The notes under the pieces are model-generated. The model saw only the letters and a program-made list of their open reading frames with translations. It was not told the DNA's origin and did no database searches. A stretch of 64,000 nucleotides of DNA from Eledone cirrhosa (lineage: Eukaryota): NCBI GenBank assembly GCA_964016885.1, contig OZ024744.1:26536001-26600000 (forward strand). Direction: 5' to 3'. This document shows positions 12,609-23,912 of the stretch, piece by piece (position 1 is the first letter of the stretch; every line of letters begins with the position of its first letter). Both the position numbers and the translations under genes were made by a program.

Positions 12609-12964
12609 CATGGAACTCTTTTAACCATCTTTTGATCTTATATATTATTTATACTCCAGTCCTACAAAGTGTAGAGTGCTTCTTCTCCGATATCTGCATT
12701 GCTTTATTGTACTACAATAAACCTCACCTCCTATATATATATATATATATATTTGTGTATAGTGGTAGCTATGGTGCTTCCGTAGGCGGTATGCCAAAAT
12801 TAGCACTCGATATTCATCTGAGTAGAGCGTAGATATTTTAAAGAAAACGAAAAATGTTTCGCCGGCAGATCCATACAAGGACCATGACTCGAGCTACATG
12901 CCGGCGAAACATTTGAAACTCGAAATAAACTAAGTCCAGATGCATCATTGTTTTTTCGTTTTCT

Positions 12965-13015
<51 letters not shown>

Positions 13016-13099
13016 AAAGTTATATTTAAATTGTTGGGTTACAACTAGTAAATATTTATAACTGATATAAAAGCACTCAACAAGTATTTGGAGTATATT

Positions 13100-13705
13100 T
13101 ACGATATTAAATAAATGGAAACTATATTTATAAAACCATATTTATTTCATTATATATATTTCAGGGATATCATATTAACAATATGTTATGCCTTCCTCAG
13201 ACAAAATACAATATAGACAGTTTTATAGATAAATAGATTTGACATACCGTTCAACATCGACTTGTATTTGAAAAAGTTGATTTGGCAGTGAAAAATTGTA
13301 AACAGAAAGAAAGAAAGAGAGAAAGAAGGAAAGAAAGAAAGAAAACGAAGAAAAAGAAGAAAAAGAAGAAATGTATGCAACAAAATAGAGAGATGGAAAG
13401 ATAGATAAAGAGAAGAACTTCATGTAAAGAAACAGAGAGAGATATATATAGAGAGAGGAAATAGATAGAGATAGATATATATAGAGAAAAGTAGGTAGTT
13501 GGACATCCGTTAAATGAACGTATCAATGATACATTTATTTATTTATTTATTTATTTATTTAGCTCTAGTATTAATGTAAGGGAGATATATGTGGTTAGGA
13601 AAGAAACCAGCCATTATATAGAGAGAAAAATGAAAAGTAACCAGACATAGGCGAGGCAGAATTTAAACCCTATGTTTTAATGTAGAAATATTAGTTCGTA
13701 TAAAA
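13100..13705 (-). repeat. Inverted copy of the pLTR of Penelope element 2
   Basis: About 600 bp, near-perfect reverse complement of 16195-16792. Contains the hammerhead on - at 13143-13208. Confidence 0.93.
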
Positions 13706-15213
13706 GAGGTTGTTGAGTGGTTTAAGCAAATTAAATATAACAATAATAATAAGTTTATTCAACTTGATTTTGCTAATTATTATTCTTCTATTACCCTTAA
13801 TCTACTAAATAAGGCACTAAATTACGCATTCAAACATACAGACCTAACTAGCAATGAAATGCACATTATATTATCGGCTAGGAAAACATTGATAGAATTT
13901 AATGACCAACTATGGACCAGAGCAGATAGAGATAGCAATGTTGACATTACTATGGGATCATCCGACTCAGCTCAGGTAACTGACCTTATGGGCTTATTTT
14001 TAATCAATTCGCTACATAGGAAAATACCTGGTACTACCGGAGGTTTATATAGAGATGACATGCTTTTACTTATTGATAATAATAACTCTGAACTAAATAG
14101 AAAAAGAAAACAAATTACACAATTTTTTAATTACTTTAATCTAAAAATAGAAATTGAGAACAACCATAGAATAGTCAATTTCCTAGATATAACATTAAAT
14201 CTCAACACATGTCTTCACTATCCTTTTCACAAGTTGAATGAAAACTTAAACTATGTCAGCTTTAACTCTAACCACCCCAGATCTGTCAAAAACACTATAG
14301 TAAACTCTGTTCAAAAACGTATCTCTAGAATCTCGTCTAATAGAAAGATTTTCGACGAAAAAGCCCAGTACTACAATGAAGCGTTAGCTAGAGCAGGATA
14401 TAGTGATAAGATTATGTACATAGATAATGATAGACAAACTAAACAAAATAACAACTATTTTAATTACGGCCACAACCTTAACAACTATAATAGAAAGCAT
14501 TACAATAATTCCAAAAGCCAAAAAAGAAATAGAACTAGGAACATAATATGGTTTGCCCCCCCCCCCCTTTCTCACTAAACATTAAAACCCACATCGCTAA
14601 ACTATTTTTTAAAGCTCTTGATAATCGCTTCCCTAGAACACATAGGTATCACTCAATTTTCAATAGACATACTATAAAATTAACCTACTCATCCACCAAA
14701 AATTTAGCACAAAATATTAATAGAATAAATAATAGGAACTTAAAACCTAGCGATAATAGCATAAATAATATACAAGTTAACAAATGTAACTGTAGAGATA
14801 GATCTAAATGTCCGTTAAATAACAACTGCTTAGTTAAAAATATAATATACAACTGTAATGTTAAAACGGACTCTAATTCTTTTAACTATGTCGGTTCCAC
14901 ATCGACGGAATTTAAACTTCGCTATAATAACCACAAGAATTCTTTCACAGATCCAAGCAAAAAATCTTCAACAGCACTATCAGGCGTACTCTGGCAACTT
15001 AGGCAAGATAACGTTAGATATTCGACGGCTTGGAATATAGTCTCAAGAGGGATTCCTTTTAATTCATCCTCTGAGACATGTGACCTCTGCGCGGAGGAGA
15101 TATTCTTTATACTAAAATCTAAAAATTCCCTTAATCTACGGACAAATTTATTCAGTTGCTGCAAACATAGATTAAACTCAACTTTTAAATATAAATTTAA
15201 ATTTAAAATGTAG
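13706..15213 (+). pseudogene. Penelope-like element 2 RT/GIY-YIG ORF, 5'-truncated, frameshift in the poly-C at about 14560
   Basis: ITMGS, LYRDD, NFLDI, CNCR..CPL..CL, IIYNCNV..YVGST..FKLRYNNH, CDLC and CKH motifs. Paralogous to element 1. Confidence 0.9.
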
Positions 15214-16194
15214 TATATTTAGTTTGATTTATAATTATTTGGGAAACTAGCCGATAAACCTTTCGATTTCTTCTTTTTATTCTTCTTTTTATTTTTATTT
15301 TTATTTTTATTTTTATTTTTATTTTTATTTTTATTTTTATTTTTATTTTTATTTAAACATTCTTCATGAAAAAATAAACTACCCTAAAAGTTGATGCTCC
15401 AAATATTTCGAATAAACGTTACACTAGATAAACTTCTATATTAAATATAAGAACATATGTAGACCAAATGGGCATCCTAAACTTTTTTGAAATGATTTCT
15501 GCTAGACGCGATTTGGTAAATAATTTTTTGCTTTATCTGTTTTCGACTCTGATGCTTATAATGAACTTGGCAATATATTGTCAATTAATTTTGAAGGGTT
15601 GATCTTTGTGGTCGATTTGCGTGGCATATTATGTTTCTATTATGTTTTTATTTTTATTATTTTAATTATTTTAATATTTTTTAATAATATTTTTTAATAA
15701 TATTTTTTAATAATATTTTTTAATAATATTTTTTAATATTTTTAATATTTTTAATATTTTTAATATTTTTATTTTTAATATGTAATATTTTTTAGTTTTC
15801 TATTTTATTTATTTGTTTATTATTATTGTTATTATTATTTTTTGTTTTTGTCTCTGATATTTTTTATTAATATATTGAAATCTGTTCTCTATTTCTGCTT
15901 GATAGATAATCATGTAGAGTAAAGACAAGAATAGTATTGTTAAAATTAATATAGACTCTATATATATGTGTATATATACACATATATGTATACTTAAATT
16001 TTTATAGCACAATGAGAATGTTCTCCGTGTGAAATAGGGGTTTGCAGAGTTGATCACGTAAATTCACATCGATGTCTGTAGTTATCATATAAACATATGA
16101 ATGTTTAAAACTAGACATAAGATCATTACTTTTCACACATTATGGATACGTGTCTCATTCAGGAATACTGATATTTACATTATAGTGCCTGGCT

Positions 16195-16789
16195 TTTTAT
16201 ACGAACTAATATTTCTACATTAAAACATAGGGTTTAAATTCTGCCTCGCCTATGTCTGGTTACTTTTCATTTTTCTCTCTATATAATGGCTGGTTTCTTT
16301 CCTAACCACATACATCTCCCTTACATTAATACTAGAGCTAAATAAATAAATAAATAAATAAATGTATCATTGATACGTTCATTTAACGGATGTCCAACTA
16401 CCTACTTTTCTCTATATATATCTATCTCTATCTATTTCCTCTCTCTATATATATCTCTCTCTGTTTCTTTACATGAAGTTCTTCTCTTTATCTATCTTTC
16501 CATCTCTCTATTTTGTTGCATGCATTTCTTCTTTTTCTTCTTTTTCTTCGTTTTCTTTCTTTCTTTCCTTCTTTCTCTCTTTCTTTCTGTTTACAATTTT
16601 TCACTGCCAAATCAACTTTTTCAAATACAAGTCGATGTTGAACGGTATGTCAAATCTATTTATCTATAAAACTGTCTATATTGTATTTTGTCTGAGGAAG
16701 GCATAACATATTGTTAATATGATATCCCTGAAATATATATAATGAAATAAATATGGTTTTATAAATATAGTTTCCATTTATTTAATATC

Positions 16790-16792
<3 letters not shown>
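16195..16792 (+). repeat. 3' pseudo-LTR of Penelope element 2
   Basis: Inverted repeat with 13100-13705, the typical inverted-pLTR arrangement of a truncated Penelope copy. Confidence 0.85.
16684..16749 (+). ncRNA. Minimal type I hammerhead ribozyme
   Basis: Stem I tattttgt/atgaaata (G-U pairs), CTGAGGA, stem II agg..catatt gtt aatatg..cct, GAAA, palindromic atatatat, cleavage after A16741. Confidence 0.78.
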
Positions 16793-16844
<52 letters not shown>

Positions 16845-17034
16845 ACTCTTTTATATATATATATGTATATATGGAAAAAAAATGAAACCGTAAATGCAAC
16901 TGGAGTCTTTTTAAAAATATTTATTTGGTCAAACCAACGAACGAGAGACTGACACATTGACCAGTAATTAAGTTGAAAGAATGGTTTTTAACTAATGTAT
17001 TGGTACGCGATGGGGCCCACCCACAGCCCCGGCT

Positions 17035-17330
17035 GACAGAATGGAGAAGGCGTTTCCCCGGTGGACGGCAAGGGAGACGCGCTAGAAAAGCCACACCAAC
17101 TCACGGGGCTCACACCTACGGCTGGCCAGCTCAGCGCCTATGGTGGTGAGTAAGGAGCTAGCCCTGGGGCCGAGGACACCAGAAGTTTCCACTGCCAGGG
17201 GAACGACCGCAAACCTGTCGGAGAGCGACGGGTATTTGAGGAGTTTGGCCCCTTCAGCCCGACGTGCAGCAGAACCTGGGTCAGTTGCAGACTGCACCAG
17301 GTTGCGGCTGCACGTCGGGCTAAGGGATTC
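17035..17330 (-). mobile_element. CRE-like RLE LINE 3' remnant
   Basis: Translation [38 protein letters not shown] resembles the C-terminal RLE of the CRE clade. GC-rich island in AT-rich DNA. Confidence 0.7.
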
Positions 17331-17410
17331 CTTTACCGGTTTCATAGTTCTTGTGCTTTTGCATTCTTGTGTTTGTGTTGTCATTTCTTTTACTACATAT
17401 ATCCATATTG

Positions 17411-17516
<106 letters not shown>

Positions 17517-17562
17517 GAAAAGTATAGAAATTATTGTAGCGAGAAGCCAACAGTATTCCATA

Positions 17563-17594
<32 letters not shown>

Positions 17595-17606
17595 TAATAT
17601 ACACAT

Positions 17607-17660
<54 letters not shown>

Positions 17661-18109
17661 GTACATACACATACACACACATATATATATATATATATAT
17701 ACACGTACATACACACACACACACACACACACACTCACACACATATATATATATAATTCAAGCTGTTGTTACAACTGTACAATTCTTGATTGTTACTAAT
17801 GCACGTTCATTTTCACATGAATTTAAAATAAATGTGATTATATTTCCAACAATAATAGACCCAACTTTACATAGTCTTTCAAGTAATTAGTTTCTATTAT
17901 GTTTTATTGAGCTACCGTATATATATATCTATATATCTGCAACAAGTATTGGCTTCCTTCCCTACTAAATACCTGTTGTTATTTGTAAATATTTACTTTA
18001 ACAAACACTACGGTAAATTTAACCTATCTATCTATCTGACTCCGTGCTCTCTGTCATTGTCTCTCGCCATCCTCTCTCTCTCTTTCTCTCACGTTCTGTA
18101 TATATATCT

Positions 18110-18146
<37 letters not shown>

Positions 18147-18310
18147 CAGATATATATATAACAAAGGAATCGTGGTAAGGGACCAGATGGACCATAATGC
18201 ACCAGAGTACTTGAGTACTAGAGTAGTAGAGTGGGAAATAGGAAAAAGTATGACACACCCACACAAACACAAACACAAACACACACACATATGTTCATAT
18301 ACATATTTAC

Positions 18311-18341
<31 letters not shown>

Positions 18342-19043
18342 GTTTCGTTGACAAATATATCAATATGCCAAGACATGCAGATATATTGATGGAGCATGCA
18401 ACTACTGATATACTCTTGTTTCTAGACTCTGATGATTCCTGCCATGGGGTATGGATGAAACACTATATATATGTAGTTATATGAATAACCAAAGAGTTCT
18501 TAGAAATACATTGTTTTATTATCTAACAGTGTTTTATCCATACCCCATGGATGAAACACTGTTAGCTAACAACCGTCTTTGTTTTTGTAGTTGGTGGTGC
18601 TATTACGGAGTTAAATATTATAATGAAATGACAGGAGGCTGGATTTGTGTAAATCCTTGAAAGGTTTATTATATTTATATTTCTTATTTATTTATTATTA
18701 TATTTATATTTCTTCGCGACAATCCTGGCCTGACTGTAATACCGACCTTCCCTCCTCTTTCTTTCTGTCTTTCTTCTTATAGCTGACATTAACCCTGGCT
18801 TCTCTTCTTCTTCCTTCCCCCTTCTTCTCTCTCCTTCCTTTCTTTCTTTCTTTTGTCTTGTAACTTATGTTCCCATCCCTTTCTGTTTTCCTTTATCTGA
18901 CTGGTAGTAGCACACTGTGAGCTTTAGCCATGTCACTCGAGGGCGACTGGCTAAGGTAGAGGGTGCAAGATAGCGGTCGCCCTCGGGCCCTCGATTTTCG
19001 GCCCCATGGATTTGATCTATTACATTCACGTATTATATTTCGA

Positions 19044-19101
19044 ATACCTGATGATATCACCGGATTCATACGGAACCCGGTCATTGAAATGGTCATAGTA
19101 T
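19044..19101 (+). ncRNA. Minimal hammerhead ribozyme, repeat copy 1
   Basis: atac CTGATGA t..accgg..ccggt..t GAAA tggtca TA gtat. Confidence 0.65.
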
Positions 19102-21319
19102 AATAAACCTTTCAAGGATTTACACAAATCCAGCCTCCTGTCATTTCATTATAATATTTAACTCCGTAATAGCACCACCAACTACAAAAACAAAGACGGT
19201 TGAACTGCTTTACGTTGAGTACTCTCTATATTACGATTGACCATACGGAATAGACCAGCTCTATACAGTGGTGAACGTTAAACCTGAATAAATAATGCTC
19301 CTGAGATGTCGAGCACTTCAAAATGTAATAATGAACAGCGGCATGGGACTGAATATATCTAACCACCATTCGGACTGTGGCTACTCGGTGTTTTCGCATA
19401 CCGCCAACCTGGCCCATTGCTACTTCCCTCTCAGAATATTCGGACCTCGACGAAACTCTACGGATTATACCATAACATGTATTGTACTGCACTGTATCAA
19501 CTAAATTAGCTACCCTATACTTCGGGGCATGTTTAACTCACATTGAATTCGAACAGACACTGACTCAATTTCCACATCTATATGCATTATCTGACTGCAA
19601 CTTGAACTATATTGTATTTCCCCTGTGTCTTGAACTATCCATTTACCCAACTCCTGTCTGTTTATTTATATCTTTATATCTTTATTTGCTGTATTAATGC
19701 TTTTCCACGTAGTCTACCTCTATACATCCATGTACTTTTACTTCCCTTATTCGGACTTTTACTCGCGTGTACCCTTAGCACACGGCACTGGAATGTCTCC
19801 CCTTGGGAATATTAATACTGCAACCTGAACTATATTGTACTTCTACTATGTCTTGTTTTCTCCTTCTTACTCCAACACCACTCTTGTTGGTTTATTTACA
19901 TATTTATATTTATATATTGATATATTTATATATTTATACCTTTGCTTTATCAATGTGCTCTTCCACGTATTCCACTTCTATGTATCCATGTATTTCTACT
20001 CCTCCTATTGGGACTTTTGCTCACTTGTACCCATTAGCACATGACACTAGAATGTCTCCCCCTGAGAACAAAAAAATATCACCCGACAATATCCCGTACT
20101 CTACATCCCACTAGGATAAATTATAGATCTACATAATACAATTAACGTCTCTTCATAAAAGACTCTCTTTAATTAAACCCCGCAACCCAAAACCTTATAG
20201 AAGTTTTTCTTAAATGTTTGATTTTCAATTTTCTGTTTGTTCAATTCTCAATCTTCTTACTCTTTAATTTTATAATGTTATTCTGAATTCCTTCAACTTC
20301 ATCCTATAAATTTAAACTATATTTTAAAGTTCCAACTTTCTGTCGGACTGTTGGGTGGGTTTTAATGGCGGCGCGACCGGCCCCCTGAGGCAAGGGCCTA
20401 ACTTGAGTGCTTGGAAAAATAAATTTCCTCTTCTTTCGGTAAATGAAAATACTCGGAGTGGCTTAATTCGCCCCGGGGGGCCCGGAGCGCGACCGGTTTT
20501 TAACCGCCACATAGTACCTTTAAATTAAAGATCAAATCAGAACTATTAGATATATCAACCTTAAAATGTTAAACTGTTTAACTTTAAATTTTATAATTTC
20601 TTTGATATTAATTATTAATTATTAATCTTTGACTTCATCCTATAAATCTAAACAAAAACGTAACGTTTCAATCTTCTGCTCACATATTATAAAACACTGA
20701 CCCCCACTATATTCACCTCTGCTAAGATACGGGTCCCTGTGAACATTTTCTCGCGCCACTCCTGGCCTGACTGTAGTCTGACATTAATATCGACCTTTCT
20801 TCCTCTTTCTTTCTATCTTCCTTCTTGTAGCCATCAACCCTTACACTTCTACTTCTTCCTTTTCTTCCTTCTTTTCTCCCCTCTTTCTGTCTTCCTCCCG
20901 CAGACTTATCTCCCCCCCCCCTTTTGTTCGCCTATATCTGACCAGTAGTAGTTGTTTAGATACGGGTCCCGTAGAATAAAAAAATTTCTTCGCGACAATC
21001 CTGGCCTGACTGTAATACCGACCTTTCCTCCTCTTTCTTTCTGTCTTTCTTCTTATAGCTGACATTAACCCAGGCTTCTCTTCTTTTTCTTTCCCCCTTC
21101 TTCTCTCTCCTTCCTTTCTTTCTTTCTTTTGTCTTGTAACTTATGTTCCCATCCCTTTCTGTTTTCCTTTATCTGACTGGTAGTAGCACACTGTGAGCTT
21201 TAGCCACGTCACTCGAGGGCGACCGGCTAAGGTAGAGGGTGCAAGATAGCGGTCGCCCTCGGGCCCTCGATTTTCGGCCCCATGGATTTGATCTATTACA
21301 TTCACGTATTATATTTCGA

Positions 21320-21377
21320 ATACCTGATGATATCACCGGGTTCATACGGAACCCGGTCATTGAAATGATCATAGTAT
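21320..21377 (+). ncRNA. Minimal hammerhead ribozyme, repeat copy 2
   Basis: atac CTGATGA, stem II accgggttc/gaacccggt (9 bp), GAAA, palindromic atgatcat, A17 at 21373, then gtat. Confidence 0.72.
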
Positions 21378-21425
21378 AATAAACCTTTCAAGGATTTACA
21401 CAAATCCAGCCTCCTGTCATTTCAT

Positions 21426-21630
<205 letters not shown>

Positions 21631-21886
21631 TGAATATAGGGAAGATATACGTCAACAATGAAGTGTTTCTCATAATGTCGTTATGCAGACAGCAAGGCAT
21701 ACAGACAGATATTATAAGGGCGCGATGGAGATCGATAACCGGCGCCTAACACCCCTTTAACCACAGAAAATTGATAAGTAAAGACTGCAGTTAATATCTA
21801 TACACCGCAAGAAATATATAAATGCAAGTTTGAAGTCAATCAGAGTAGAAATGTGGATTTGTATAGACTAGAAACTGACTGGCTAG

Positions 21887-22019
21887 TCTGCTGATATGCG
21901 AATCTGGCTGATCAGTCAGATCTGCTAATATGCAAATCTGGCTGATCAGTCAGATCTGCTAATATGCAAATCTGGCTGATCAGCCAGTCTGCTAATAAAC
22001 AAATAAGGCCGATCAGTCA
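21887..22019 (+). repeat. 34-bp tandem repeat, about 4 copies, with ATGCAAAT octamers
   Basis: Unit tctgctaatatgcaaatctggctgatcagtcaga at 21887, 21921, 21955 and 21988. Confidence 0.9.
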
Positions 22020-22073
22020 CTGTGTATTTTAGAAAATAGCATAATTTTCTCTATCTCTGACAGCTGAACAATG

Positions 22074-22121
22074 AGCTGTACTGATGAAGAGTGATACTCA
22101 GAAACATTAGTGTCTGCAGTT
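22074..22121 (+). ncRNA. Minimal hammerhead ribozyme (solo pLTR-like)
   Basis: agctgta CTGATGA a gagt gat actc a GAAA ca ttag tg TC tgcagtt. GUC cleavage after 22114. Confidence 0.75.
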
Positions 22122-23912
22122 CTGTTTACATGCCAATATAAGAGCAAGAATGAGCGGCTCATTCTACTGACATGGCTTTAAAAGTGAGGGTTGTTTGCAT
22201 AATTTCTATCGAATATATTATTAATATATATATATATATATATATCAGAGAGTATTGAAGTTTGCTTGAAGCATTGTGGAATAATAAGGTAAATTTTTTA
22301 AAGTCGTTTGGAAGCCTCGACAATGCAGATAGGTAAATCTCCGGGTAACAAGATCCGGTGGTGGAGAGAGAGATGTAAGTGGGTGTACGTTGAGATGCGT
22401 GGCGTGTAGAAGACTGTAGCGTGTAGAAGAATGTAGGAAAGAGCGTAAAGGATAAAAATAAAAATAATAACACGAGATAGAGTTACCTTGGGAGAGATTT
22501 AATTGTCCCTATATATTTGGGATTCACATCCATCAAGTGGATTTAATTTCCGGCGGGGGTTGGGGGGGGGGCTGAAGATGTCTGTCGGAAAGGTGCGAAA
22601 CGTGTCCTCCGCTATTCGTTGTTTTGAATAATGAAAAATTCCCCAATAGGGGGAGACTTCCGAGGTACATTCGTGGAGAAAGCCCATTAAAAAGCCACAG
22701 TGACCCTGACCACCAGGGCAAGTGCCCTCTCCCAGTTTTCCAACTTTCATTTACAGACACATACTCAGAGTAGGCCCATTCACTCGGGCCATTCTTGCCT
22801 CTCTCACCCATCTTTCAACAAAATGCTGGGAAGAGAGCACTTCCCTCTCTACCCTGATTTTCCTTTTCAAATGAAATTTGAAAAGGTTAATCAGGGCATC
22901 ACCGAAAAGGTAAGTGCTCGTCTTCAGCCCTTTCAAACGTGTCCACCATAGTATCTCTTTCGCCATGGCCACTAGACAGATAAAAACTGCCTGCCCTTCC
23001 CGGCTAAAGGAAGAGGGTGGTGAAATCTTCACGATCGACTCAGCTGATAGCTGGATCCGTCCTACAGGCGACAGCAGGTGTTCGACATAAACCCACAAGT
23101 CAGCAATACTCGGACACTGGACGAGTTCGTCAGGACAGTTTCGTCGCCCTGCGCGCATCTCGGACATGCCCGGCTGACGGCACCTCAATGCCTGTAGAGT
23201 TTATCCCGAACTGGCAAAGCTCCTCGGTAGCACTGCCAGGCCAGGGATTTCTGGAAGTTGTCTATAGGCTCCGGCCCGAAAGTTCTTCCGAAGAGATTGG
23301 CTAGTTGATTTTCGTCGACGCCTAGATTTTCCCCAAGTACGTCAATGCTCTTACCCTCCACTAATCCTCTATAGAACACCAAGGTGGAGTTTCCACCGAT
23401 CACATTGCCCGATTGGTCGAGGGCTGTGAGCGCCTGAAGACATTCCAGTCTCCAAGCGCTCCCTCTCCGTCTTCGCTTGACCCAGGACTGCAGCTCCGTC
23501 AAGGAGACGAGCTGGGGAAAGACGCGTCTAGCAAACGGCGACCACACCTGATCACCGTTGAGGAAGAGGTGGAGATGTCTTAGCCTGAGCGCGTGTCTGC
23601 GCATCATCAGCCACGGCATGCCCAGCCCTCCACGTAGCGGATGTTGACAACAGATGGACCCTCTGACCATCGGAGCGCATCCCTTCCACAAAAAGCGAGA
23701 GAGCAAACGCTCAAGTGCAGTCAGGCGGGGTTTAGGACAAGGTACAACGGTCAGGCGGTAGTAGATGACGGACGCGATGTACGCGTTAGCCACCTTCGCT
23801 CGACTTTTCTAGGATAGCTTCCTCTCCGCCCATTTCTGGGTGAGAGAAGCCACCCTGCTCGTCACCTCGTCCCAGTTTTTGTCCGTCTGGAGGTCCGGAC
23901 CGAACCAGAACC

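Noticed and set aside
13100-16792. DNA transposon with 600-bp terminal inverted repeats
   Set aside because: The interior encodes Penelope RT/GIY-YIG and the repeats carry a hammerhead. This is the known inverted-pLTR structure.
21887-22019. CRISPR-like array (34-bp units); the 60-bp array at 11955 was also considered
   Set aside because: Units are contiguous with no unique spacers, there are no cas genes, and the context is eukaryotic.
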